Assembly (NCBI GenBank): GCA_017514235.1
Contig: JAFWKK010000014.1
Location: 19,061 to 83,060 of the forward strand
Length of the DNA: 64,000 bases
DNA from: Kiritimatiellia bacterium
Lineage (GTDB): Bacteria; Verrucomicrobiota; Kiritimatiellia; RFP12; UBA1067
Direction: 5' to 3'
Below the pieces are notes generated by a model. That model saw only the letters and a program-made list of their open reading frames with translations, was not told the DNA's origin and did not search any database. The first letter of the stretch is position 1. Each line of letters starts with the position of its first letter. The translations under genes were made by a program, and so were the position numbers. This document shows positions 18,113-26,086 of the stretch, one piece after another.

Positions 18113-19574
18113 GCTGATTCTCCTTTAGTGCGATGCTCACAAGCGATGCAACAGCAATGCAGATCGCCATTCCGCAGACTCCAAAGAGCAAAAGATGCGG
18201 TTTGTGCGGCATGGATGCGAAATCAAGGGTAAAACAGGCTACATAATTCGCCACAAGACCGAAGAACGCCCCAGTCCCGCGCACGAACGGCATAAATCGA
18301 CCCATGAAAAAGAGACTCGCAAGCCCACCCGTCAGGACGCCGAGGAACCTGAGGAACTGATCATAGATTGACCCGATGTCCATATTGGCGAGAACGATTG
18401 CGAACACACCGCCCATCAACCCGACAATGATCGTCACAACCTTTCCGCAGAAAAGTATCTTTCCATCCTCGCGAACCATGGCACAACGGCAACGTCCACC
18501 GAAAAGCCTCTTGTAGAAATCTGTCGTTACGGCTGTTGCAGCAGAATTGAGATTCGCGGACAAGGTACTCATCGTGGCCGCAGCAACTGCCGCGAGGACA
18601 ATGCCGGAGAAGCCGACTGGCAATTCGTTGGCTATGAACCATGGAAATATCTGATCCTGCTTCTCCAGTGTCGGAATCTTGTCTGCGTGCGACTGGTAGA
18701 AGGTCCATAGTGCGACGCCCAGCGTGAAGAACACAAAACAATTGACCAGAGACAAGACGCTGTTGAGGTAAATCGACTTTGCCGCGCCAGCTTCGTCCTT
18801 TGTCGTCATGTACCGCTGAACAACACATTGATCTGAAGTGTAGGATGCAAGGGTCTCAAGGGCACCTCCAAGGAACACAACCCAGAAAACAGGCTGCGCC
18901 CAGTCCCAGTCAAAATCAAAGATCCTGAATTTGCCTGACGACATGCCCATGGAAAGGAATCCAGAGACGCCGCCGTCAGTTCGGAGCACAAGGAACAGGT
19001 AGATCGCCACGGTCGAAAGAATCAGAATCACGCTCTGAATAAAGTCGCTCCACACAACAGCCTCAACTCCTCCAATTGCGCAATACACGATTGTAACAAA
19101 CGTCACCGCAGCAATGGCCGTGTTGACGTCCATGTCCACCACCGCGGAAATGGCAATCGCCGGCAAATAAACGACAATGGCCGCACGCACGATCATGAAA
19201 AGAACAAACGCAGCCGACGCGAAAAGCCGACAGCCAAGGTTAAATCGCACTTCAAGGTACTCATAGGCACTGGTCAAGTTCAGCTTTCGAAAGAACGGCA
19301 AATAGCACCGCGTCACCAAAGGTGCAAGAAAGAGAATCGGAAACGCGGCCACGAAATATCGACAATCGGAGTGAAAGACCAAAGCCGGAATGGAAAGAAA
19401 CGTAATCGACGAAAACATGGTAGCGTAAATCGACACGCTCACCACCCACCACGGCAAACGTCCACCTCCCCGAAAATAATCATCCGCCGACTTGTTGCGG
19501 CGCATAAACCACACCCCCACGCCAATCATGGCGAGAAGATAGGCGATGATGATCGTAGCGTCAATTCCGTTCAT
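18099..19574 (-). CDS. sodium:solute symporter (SSS) family transporter
   Basis: Roughly 13-TM protein with an SSS-typical N-terminus (DYFRGGGRLPWWVVSVSIYATMFSSITFL). Confidence 0.85.
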   Translation of the reverse strand: MNGIDATIIIAYLLAMIGVGVWFMRRNKSADDYFRGGGRLPWWVVSVSIYATMFSSITFLSIPALVFHSDCRYFVAAFPILFLAPLVTRCYLPFFRKLNLTSAYEYLEVRFNLGCRLFASAAFVLFMIVRAAIVVYLPAIAISAVVDMDVNTAIAAVTFVTIVYCAIGGVEAVVWSDFIQSVILILSTVAIYLFLVLRTDGGVSGFLSMGMSSGKFRIFDFDWDWAQPVFWVVFLGGALETLASYTSDQCVVQRYMTTKDEAGAAKSIYLNSVLSLVNCFVFFTLGVALWTFYQSHADKIPTLEKQDQIFPWFIANELPVGFSGIVLAAVAAATMSTLSANLNSAATAVTTDFYKRLFGGRCRCAMVREDGKILFCGKVVTIIVGLMGGVFAIVLANMDIGSIYDQFLRFLGVLTGGLASLFFMGRFMPFVRGTGAFFGLVANYVACFTLDFASMPHKPHLLLFGVCGMAICIAVASLVSIALKENQHDPR

Positions 19575-19649
19575 TCGACATCCGCTGCAAGTTCCATGGA
19601 CCTAGTCGTCATTCGTGGGATAGCGACTCTCCACGCATGTACGCCACAC

Positions 19650-19655
19650 ATTATA
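19650..19655 (-). promoter_or_regulatory. -10 element (CGATATAAT) for the 19574-7908 operon
   Basis: This is the only TATAAT in the 186-nt divergent intergenic region that reads toward the symporter gene. Confidence 0.4.
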
Positions 19656-19679
19656 TCGCATAAACTGACTCCGTCGCAA

Positions 19680-19713
19680 TTGAAATGATTGCAAATTTCT
19701 TTGAAATATTTGC
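19680..19713. promoter_or_regulatory. two direct repeats TTGAAATNNTTGC spaced 21 nt apart; candidate AraC/XylR-type operator
   Basis: TTGAAATGATTGC at 19680-19692 and TTGAAATATTTGC at 19701-19713. They lie between the two divergent -10 elements. Confidence 0.4.
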
Positions 19714-19746
19714 CGTCACTCTCTATACAGCCTAACCGTAATTTGG

Positions 19747-19752
19747 TATAGT
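19747..19752 (+). promoter_or_regulatory. extended -10 (TGGTATAGT) 8 nt upstream of ATG 19761 (leaderless regulator mRNA)
   Basis: The plus strand reads TTTGGTATAGTATGTCGATATG. Confidence 0.55.
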
Positions 19753-19760
19753 ATGTCGAT

Positions 19761-20930
19761 ATGCGAAAAATAGGCATTCTCATAGAACGGCAAAGAGCGT
19801 TCGGACGACAACTCTGTTCGGGAATCGTCCAATATGCGCAGACGTGCGATGACTGGTCGCTCACCATGCTCGACTGGGATGACCTCACATACTCATCGCG
19901 CCTCAAGGGATTAGACGGATTAATCGTGCGCGTGATAAACGATGGAATCGCAAAGACATTCGCACAGACCGGGAAGCCGTTGGTGGATGTATTCGAGGGC
20001 TGCACCTCTCAACCGTTCGTAAAGGTGATCCAGGACGCCACTCGAATTTCCCAGCTTGCGGTCAGGCACTTCATCCTGCACCACTTTTCGACGTTCGGCT
20101 TTTTCGGACACGAGGGGATGGCATATTCGGACATGAGACGCCGTGCGTTCGTTGAATGCTTGCGACTGCATCGCATGGGATGTTTCATCTACAAGGCGCC
20201 AGCTTCTGCCATACAAAACTTCGAATACAATGTCATGAAGAAGGAGAAGTACTCCGCTGATTCAGAAGAACGCGCCATCGCAAGATGGGTCAGGAAGCTT
20301 CCCAAGCCGATTGCCGTGTTCGCCTCGCACGACCTGCGCGCCTACCAACTGATCAAGGTCTGCCGCGAACTCAGAGTCTCCGTGCCGTCGGAGGTCGCCG
20401 TCCTTGGAGTGGACAACGACGAAATCCTGTGCAACTTCACCGATCCAACGATCTCAAGCATCGATCCTAACGCATGTGGGATAGGGTTCAAGGCCGCCGA
20501 AACGCTTGCTGCGCTAATGGATGGCCCACACTGTCCGCATGTTGTCCATGTCAAACCAACGAGACTGATTGAGCGCAAGTCAACGGCAATCTTTCCGCTC
20601 GACCCGCCATGGCTCTCGGATGCGCTTGTGTTCATTCGCGCCAACGTACGCAAGCGGCTGTCGGCAGCGGATGTCTATAGGCACATAGGACGCTCCCACA
20701 CGGTGGTGAACGATGCGTTTCGCAAAGTCCTCAACACGACAGTGTCAAAGGAAATAGCCGATTCGCGACTGAGGGAGGCACATCGTCTTGTAAGCACCTC
20801 TGCACTTCCATTCGCCGAAGTTGCCGAACTGTCGGGCTTCGCCTCCGTTCAATACTTCACTCGCTCCTTCACCGCCGCCTATAGAAAATGCCCTTCACAA
20901 ATTAGGAATGCGCCAAACGGAAATTCATAG
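19761..20930 (+). CDS. XylR-type hybrid regulator (periplasmic-binding-protein-like sugar sensor domain + AraC-family HTH)
   Basis: The N-terminus is LacI/PBP-like (IGILIERQRAFGRQLCSGIVQYA, FASHDLRAYQLIKVC). The C-terminus is an AraC HTH (FAEVAELSGFASVQYFTRSFTAAYRKCPSQIR). Confidence 0.85.
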   Translation: MRKIGILIERQRAFGRQLCSGIVQYAQTCDDWSLTMLDWDDLTYSSRLKGLDGLIVRVINDGIAKTFAQTGKPLVDVFEGCTSQPFVKVIQDATRISQLAVRHFILHHFSTFGFFGHEGMAYSDMRRRAFVECLRLHRMGCFIYKAPASAIQNFEYNVMKKEKYSADSEERAIARWVRKLPKPIAVFASHDLRAYQLIKVCRELRVSVPSEVAVLGVDNDEILCNFTDPTISSIDPNACGIGFKAAETLAALMDGPHCPHVVHVKPTRLIERKSTAIFPLDPPWLSDALVFIRANVRKRLSAADVYRHIGRSHTVVNDAFRKVLNTTVSKEIADSRLREAHRLVSTSALPFAEVAELSGFASVQYFTRSFTAAYRKCPSQIRNAPNGNS

Positions 20931-21137
20931 AAATCGTGTAGTGCCCTTGATGTCGATGCCAATCAGCAGGCAAAGCCATATCCTTGCGATTCTAGTCGCT
21001 GCCGGGTCTTCGGCAGAGCAATCTCCCGCGCATCAGGATAGAGTTCTTTGAACGCAAGGACGGGAAGTTCACCTCCATTTAGCCTCGGGCGGGACGGCGT
21101 GAAAACGGTTCGGGCGGCGGAATCGCGCGCGTCCCCG

Positions 21138-22361
21138 TCACATGGCCTTGCGCGAGCCGCAGACGGCGAAGAACAGTATGTACGCGAGGAACCCGGCGAA
21201 CACCCAGCAGCTCGAAAGGATGCCGAAGCGGTCCGTCACGACGCCGATGACGGCGAGGAGCGCCCCGCCCGAGACAAGCGACATCGTGATGCCGGAGGCG
21301 ACGGGCACGAGCCGCCCAAGACCGTCTGTAGCAAGGTTGAAGATGCCTCCGAACATCACCGAGATGCACAGGCCGCACGCGACCATCAGCAGCGACGATA
21401 GCGGCAGCGCAACGGCAACGAACGGCACGGGAACCTTCATGAACGGCACGAGAGCCGCCGCGGAGAGAAGCGCAATCGCCACCGCCGCCGCCGCGCCCAC
21501 CATCGCCTGCGGCGAGACGCGGTTGCCGAGAAGCCCCGCACCGAAGCGCCCGACCATCATGAGCGCACAGTAGGCCGAGACCATGGCGCCGCCCACCACC
21601 GCCCCGGCGTAGGCCGGCGTCCCTTCCGCCGTCAGGTACAGGTTCACCATGTTGCAGATGCCGCACTCGACCGGCTCGAAGAGCAGCATCGCAAGCGCGC
21701 CGAGCGCGAAATGACGGAACTTGAAAGCCGAAATCACGTCCCGCCAGGGCGACGGCGCGTCAGGCTCAAGGTGCGGCTCGGGTATGTCGGCCTTCAGTAT
21801 TACGATGAATCCGAACACGAAGAACGCGAGCGCGGCGATCTGCACCGGCAGGGCGTTGAGGACGTTCGCCTTGGAGACCTCGTTGCCGATCAGGAAGCCG
21901 AGGATGAGCGGCGAAGACATTCCGCCGACAGAGTTGAACGTGCAGCCGTACTGCACGAGCCGGTTGCCGCCCATCCCTCCGCCGCCGAGCGTGTTCATCA
22001 TCGGGTTCGCGACGACGTTCAGCATGCACATCGAGAGGCCCGCCACGAACGCGCCGACGACGTAGACCGCGAACGAGGCTGCGAAGCCTGCGAGCATCTG
22101 CAGGCCGACGCCGGCGATTCCGACCGAGACCGCCGCAAGCGACGTGAACCTGTAGCCCCTGCGCTTCAGCACCATGCCGCAGGGCAGGCCCATGAAAAGG
22201 TAGGCGAGGAAGTTCGCCGACGAGCCGAACTGAGAAAGCGCGTTCGACGCCCCGAACTGCGCCTTAACGACCGCCGCAAGCGGTCCCGTGAACATGGTGA
22301 CGAACCCTACCATGAACACCATGCCGAACATAACGGCGATAGTCAGCCTGTTGCCCTTCAT
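21138..22361 (-). CDS. MFS sugar:H+ symporter, FucP/GluP-like
   Basis: 12-TM protein whose N-terminus resembles L-fucose/glucose-galactose permeases (FMVGFVTMFTGPLAAVVKAQFG...SQFGSSANFLAYLFMGLPCG). Confidence 0.85.
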   Translation of the reverse strand: MKGNRLTIAVMFGMVFMVGFVTMFTGPLAAVVKAQFGASNALSQFGSSANFLAYLFMGLPCGMVLKRRGYRFTSLAAVSVGIAGVGLQMLAGFAASFAVYVVGAFVAGLSMCMLNVVANPMMNTLGGGGMGGNRLVQYGCTFNSVGGMSSPLILGFLIGNEVSKANVLNALPVQIAALAFFVFGFIVILKADIPEPHLEPDAPSPWRDVISAFKFRHFALGALAMLLFEPVECGICNMVNLYLTAEGTPAYAGAVVGGAMVSAYCALMMVGRFGAGLLGNRVSPQAMVGAAAAVAIALLSAAALVPFMKVPVPFVAVALPLSSLLMVACGLCISVMFGGIFNLATDGLGRLVPVASGITMSLVSGGALLAVIGVVTDRFGILSSCWVFAGFLAYILFFAVCGSRKAM

Positions 22362-22390
22362 CGTCAGCCAGCCTCTCCCTTTTTCCGCGC

Positions 22391-23533
22391 TCAGTAGCTG
22401 TCGCAGCGGTAGTATTCGATCGCCTCGTCAGAAACCTCGATGCCAAGGCCGGGCTTGGCAGGAACGTCAGCGTAGCCGTTGACGGCGGGAATGTCGTCCG
22501 GAACCAGGTCGTGGCGGATGGGCGTATCCTGCTCGCAGTATTCGAGCAGTTCCGCGTTCGGTATGGAGGCGATGATCTGGAGCGACGCAGCCTCGACGAT
22601 TCCGGAACTCCAGCAATGCGGCACAACGTTGATGGCGTTGACCTCGGCGTAGGACGCGATGCGCGACGCCTCCGTGATGCCGCCGCAGCGCGTGATGTCC
22701 GGCTGGACGAACCCAAGCTTGCAGTAGTCGATGAGCTGCTTGAAGCCAAAGCGCGTCGTCTCGTTCTCGCCGCAGACGATCCGTACGGAGGTCGATTCCT
22801 GCAGGCGCTTGTAGCCGAGGTAGTCGTGCGGCCAGAGCGCCTCTTCAACGGCATAGGGGTTGTATTTCTCAATCGCCTTGACGAGCTGAATGCGGGAAGC
22901 GACGTCGATAGTCACCTTGTCCGAAGGAATGTAGCCGATGTCGAAGATGAGGTCGATGTCGTCGCCTACCGCCTCGCGTGCGGCCTTGACGAGCTTCACC
23001 TCGGTCGCGAGATCCTGCTCGAAGCCTCCCCAGCCGAGCTTGATCGCGGTGTAGCCCTTCTCCTTCCACTTGAGCGCCTCTTCCTTCGCCTCCGCCTCGG
23101 TGTAAGGCATGAGAACGGATGCGTAGCAGCGCACCTTGTCGCGGTACTTGCCGCCCAGAAGCTGCCAGATCGGCTTGCCGAGCGCCTTGCCGAGAATGTC
23201 CCAGATGGCGATGTCGATGCCGCTCATCGCCTGAATCGCCGCGCCGTGGTTGCCGTAGAAGTTGCAGTGCAGGTACATGTCGTCCCAGATCTTCTTGTAG
23301 TCGAACGGGTCCCGTCCGACGACGACATTCGCAAGGCCCTGGCACGTGCGGTGCGAAACCGGCGACTCGATGATGGACTTTATGACCCACGGTGCGGAGT
23401 CAACCTCGCCGTAGCCGACGATCCCCTCGTCGGTCGTGACGCGCACGATGATGCCGTCCTGCGCGCTGTCGTTGATTTCCTTGATTTCACCCTTCTGCCT
23501 TACGGGTATCGCCTCTACCTTTACGATTTTCAT
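22391..23533 (-). CDS. enolase-superfamily (mandelate racemase/muconate lactonizing enzyme family) sugar-acid dehydratase
   Basis: The N-terminal capping domain (MKIVKVEAIPV...) and TIM-barrel region are typical of MR/MLE-family acid-sugar dehydratases. Strong SD (AAGGAGGAAAA). Confidence 0.85.
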   Translation of the reverse strand: MKIVKVEAIPVRQKGEIKEINDSAQDGIIVRVTTDEGIVGYGEVDSAPWVIKSIIESPVSHRTCQGLANVVVGRDPFDYKKIWDDMYLHCNFYGNHGAAIQAMSGIDIAIWDILGKALGKPIWQLLGGKYRDKVRCYASVLMPYTEAEAKEEALKWKEKGYTAIKLGWGGFEQDLATEVKLVKAAREAVGDDIDLIFDIGYIPSDKVTIDVASRIQLVKAIEKYNPYAVEEALWPHDYLGYKRLQESTSVRIVCGENETTRFGFKQLIDYCKLGFVQPDITRCGGITEASRIASYAEVNAINVVPHCWSSGIVEAASLQIIASIPNAELLEYCEQDTPIRHDLVPDDIPAVNGYADVPAKPGLGIEVSDEAIEYYRCDSY

Positions 23534-23561
23534 TTTTCCTCCTTATTTTAGACGTTCAAGT

Positions 23562-24596
23562 TCAGACGTTCAAGTGCAAGACTGCCTTTATCAGGTCGTC
23601 TGGATGCCGCCCGACGAGATCTACCGCAGCCGGCAGCTCGGAGAACTCGAAGCTGTGCGTCACCATGTCGGCGATGTTGAACCTGCCTGCGGCAACAAGA
23701 TCCATGAGCGGAACCCACGCAAGCTCGTTGTTGGTTCCGCCGCCTACCGTTATCTGCCGGAAGATCATGTCCTTCACCGGGAACGGCACCGGCACGTCAT
23801 CCGGCGGAATCCCGTAAAGCATAACCTTGCCGCCCTTCGCGCACGCCCTTACAGCCATGTCCAGCGTCGAGGCCGCGCCGGCAGCGTCTATCGAAAGGTC
23901 GACGCCCTCGCCGCCGGTCTCTTCCAGCACGCGCGCGACAAGATCCTCTTCCCTCACGTTCACCGCTACGTCCGCCCCGAACCTCTTCGCCTGCTCAAGC
24001 CTATGCGGATTGCGCGCCGCCACGATCACCTTGCGTGCGCCCTGAAGCCGCACGGACTGTATGAACGCCAGCCCGGCGACACCTGCTCCCTGAACGAGAA
24101 CGGACGAACCGACCTTCAGCCCTTCGCGGTATATGCGCCCGAACGGACAGATCGACGCCTCGAGGATCGCACCCTGATCGTCGGTCATCGACTCGGGCAT
24201 GTGCCTTACGCAGCCCTGCGGCACGGCAACGTACTCGGCATAGCCGCCGTCGAACGGAGGAAAGCCGATCTCTCCGGCATCCTTGCAAAGGTGCTTGTTG
24301 CCTGAACGGCACTTCGGACAGAATCCGCATGCGACGGAGGTTTCCACGACGACCCGTTCGCCGATCTCCGTCGCCGTCACGTCCGCGCCGACTTCGACGA
24401 CCTCGCCGCATATCTCGTGCCCAAGCACGGCCGGCGGACTTCCTGCGTCAAATTTTCCTGAGATGATCGCAACGTCCGTAGAGCATACGCCGGCCGAACG
24501 CACCTTCAGCACCACCCAGCCTGGCCTTGCCACAGGATCGGGATAGCCGGTTTCAAGCTCTATCCTGTTCGCCCCTTTCCATACCCATGCCTTCAT
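23562..24596 (-). CDS. zinc-dependent medium-chain dehydrogenase/reductase (sugar/polyol dehydrogenase-like)
   Basis: GHEICGEV zinc motif, structural-zinc Cys cluster (CGFCPKCRSGNKHLC) and GAGVAGL Rossmann motif are present. I trimmed the start to ATG 24596, which follows GGAGG. Confidence 0.85.
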   Translation of the reverse strand: MKAWVWKGANRIELETGYPDPVARPGWVVLKVRSAGVCSTDVAIISGKFDAGSPPAVLGHEICGEVVEVGADVTATEIGERVVVETSVACGFCPKCRSGNKHLCKDAGEIGFPPFDGGYAEYVAVPQGCVRHMPESMTDDQGAILEASICPFGRIYREGLKVGSSVLVQGAGVAGLAFIQSVRLQGARKVIVAARNPHRLEQAKRFGADVAVNVREEDLVARVLEETGGEGVDLSIDAAGAASTLDMAVRACAKGGKVMLYGIPPDDVPVPFPVKDMIFRQITVGGGTNNELAWVPLMDLVAAGRFNIADMVTHSFEFSELPAAVDLVGRHPDDLIKAVLHLNV

Positions 24597-24598
24597 CT

Positions 24599-25297
24599 TC
24601 AGCCTCCTATGATGAAATGCCCGATGTCCCTCGGATAGTCGAATAGATTCTTCACGCCGTCTTCCATGACAAGATAGTCGTTCTCCACGCGCATCCCCCA
24701 CTCGCCAGGCACATAGACGCCCGGCTCAAGCGTGCAGACGTCACCCGCTTCCACGACGTCGTCGCACCCCTCCTCAAACGCAGGCTTCATGTATGGCTCC
24801 GGCCCGACGAGATGCCCGCCGTGGTGCGGCATAAGTCCGCTGAATCCGCGAACTGCCAGCACTTCAATCATCGGCGGACGCACCGACGACGCCACGACGC
24901 CGGCGCGCACGGTCCGCACCCCCTCGTCTTGGCAGGCGAGCACTGCGGCATAAGCTTCGCGCTGACGCGGCGTCGGCTCGCCCAGGAAGAACGTGCGGCA
25001 CGTGTCGCTCCACACCTCGCCTCTCCTCACGGAGAGATCGAGAATGAACAGGTCGCCCGCCTTGAAAACATAGTCGGTGGGAGGCCCTTCTATCGAGCCA
25101 GTGCGCTCGCCGCCGACGAAATCGCCGATGAAATCGTGCGGCTCGTCTCCGCACGTGCGGTCGACCGCCGCCGCGACGAGCGCAAAGGCGTCGCGCTCCG
25201 TCATGCCGGTGCGCAGCCCGGCGCGGATCGCCTCGTAAGCCGCACGGTTCGCCTCAAGCGTCCGCATGACGCATTCTGGACCGACCTTCGCCCTCAT
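24599..25297 (-). CDS. M24-family (pita-bread fold) metallohydrolase, catalytic domain only
   Basis: Candidate D, D, H, E, E metal-ligand contexts are present (DLFILDLS, HGGHLVG, TLEPG, VENDYLV). The usual N-terminal creatinase/prolidase domain is missing. The start abuts the aldolase stop (TGAATG). Confidence 0.7.
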   Translation of the reverse strand: MRAKVGPECVMRTLEANRAAYEAIRAGLRTGMTERDAFALVAAAVDRTCGDEPHDFIGDFVGGERTGSIEGPPTDYVFKAGDLFILDLSVRRGEVWSDTCRTFFLGEPTPRQREAYAAVLACQDEGVRTVRAGVVASSVRPPMIEVLAVRGFSGLMPHHGGHLVGPEPYMKPAFEEGCDDVVEAGDVCTLEPGVYVPGEWGMRVENDYLVMEDGVKNLFDYPRDIGHFIIGG

Positions 25298-26086
25298 TCA
25301 GCCTCCAATCGCTTCTCGGGCGCGCGCCATCTGGAGCTTGCAGCCCTCGAACATCGCGCTCGTGTCGTTGCGGATCGCCATGTACTGAACGCCGCGCCGC
25401 TTCCACACGTCGAAGTTGGCTTCTGTGTAGCAGCCGAGCAATATGCCCTTATCGCACACCTTGCGGCAGCATTCGTCGAACGTCGCCGACACTTCCGGGT
25501 CGTCCCACTGTCCCGGCTTGCCCATCGACAGCGTGAAGTCGTACGGACCGACGATGATGGAATCTATTCCGGGAACCTCAAGGATCTTGTCAAGCCGCCG
25601 CGCCGCCGCGATGTGCTCCAGCTGGATGATGACTAGCGGGTCGTGGGCGGAAGCCTCCATGTACTTGCCGAAGTCGCCCGCCCCGTAGTTAAGCCCTCGC
25701 CGCGGACCGAACCCCCTCGTTCCGCCGCATGTAGGATAGCGGCAGTACGAGACGGCGCGGGCGGCGTCGTTCTCGTCCATCACCATCGGCACAATGATGC
25801 CCGCCGGCGCGAAATCGATAACCCGCTTGATCTCGGTATGGTCGCAAGCCGGCACGCGGTACAGGCTCGCCACGCCGGTGCCGTTCACCGCCATCAGGTG
25901 CTGCATGGCGTTCTCGCGGCCGAACTCGCCGTGCTCGCCGTCGATCCACATGAAGTCGAAGCCCGCCGCGCACGCAAGCTCCGTCACCGCGCTGTCGGTG
26001 AAGGTGACCGCAATGCCGAGCGGCATCTTGCCAGACCTGATCTTCTCCAGAAACCCTTCAAGCCCGTTCATTTTCATCTTTCGCAT
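25298..26086 (-). CDS. HpcH/HpaI-family 2-keto-3-deoxy-sugar-acid aldolase
   Basis: FMWIDGEHG, IVPMV and IIQLEHIAA...VGPYDFTLSMG motifs are typical of HpcH/YfaU-type class II aldolases. Confidence 0.85.
   Translation of the reverse strand: MRKMKMNGLEGFLEKIRSGKMPLGIAVTFTDSAVTELACAAGFDFMWIDGEHGEFGRENAMQHLMAVNGTGVASLYRVPACDHTEIKRVIDFAPAGIIVPMVMDENDAARAVSYCRYPTCGGTRGFGPRRGLNYGAGDFGKYMEASAHDPLVIIQLEHIAAARRLDKILEVPGIDSIIVGPYDFTLSMGKPGQWDDPEVSATFDECCRKVCDKGILLGCYTEANFDVWKRRGVQYMAIRNDTSAMFEGCKLQMARAREAIGG

Noticed and set aside
20999-21016. Hairpins between convergent genes: CTGCCG-N6-CGGCAG here, and GCGCAG-N14-CTGCGC at 35752-35777
   Set aside because: The stems are short (6 bp) with no U-tracts, and the second overlaps a coding region. 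This is too weak to annotate as terminators.
23548-23575. 14-nt tandem duplication spanning the dehydrogenase stop codon (minus strand ACTTGAACGTCTGA ACTTGAACGTCTAA)
   Set aside because: The duplication is real in the sequence (13 of 14 positions identical). It looks like a small slippage duplication of the gene end that merely adds a second stop before the next gene's SD. I have no evidence of function.
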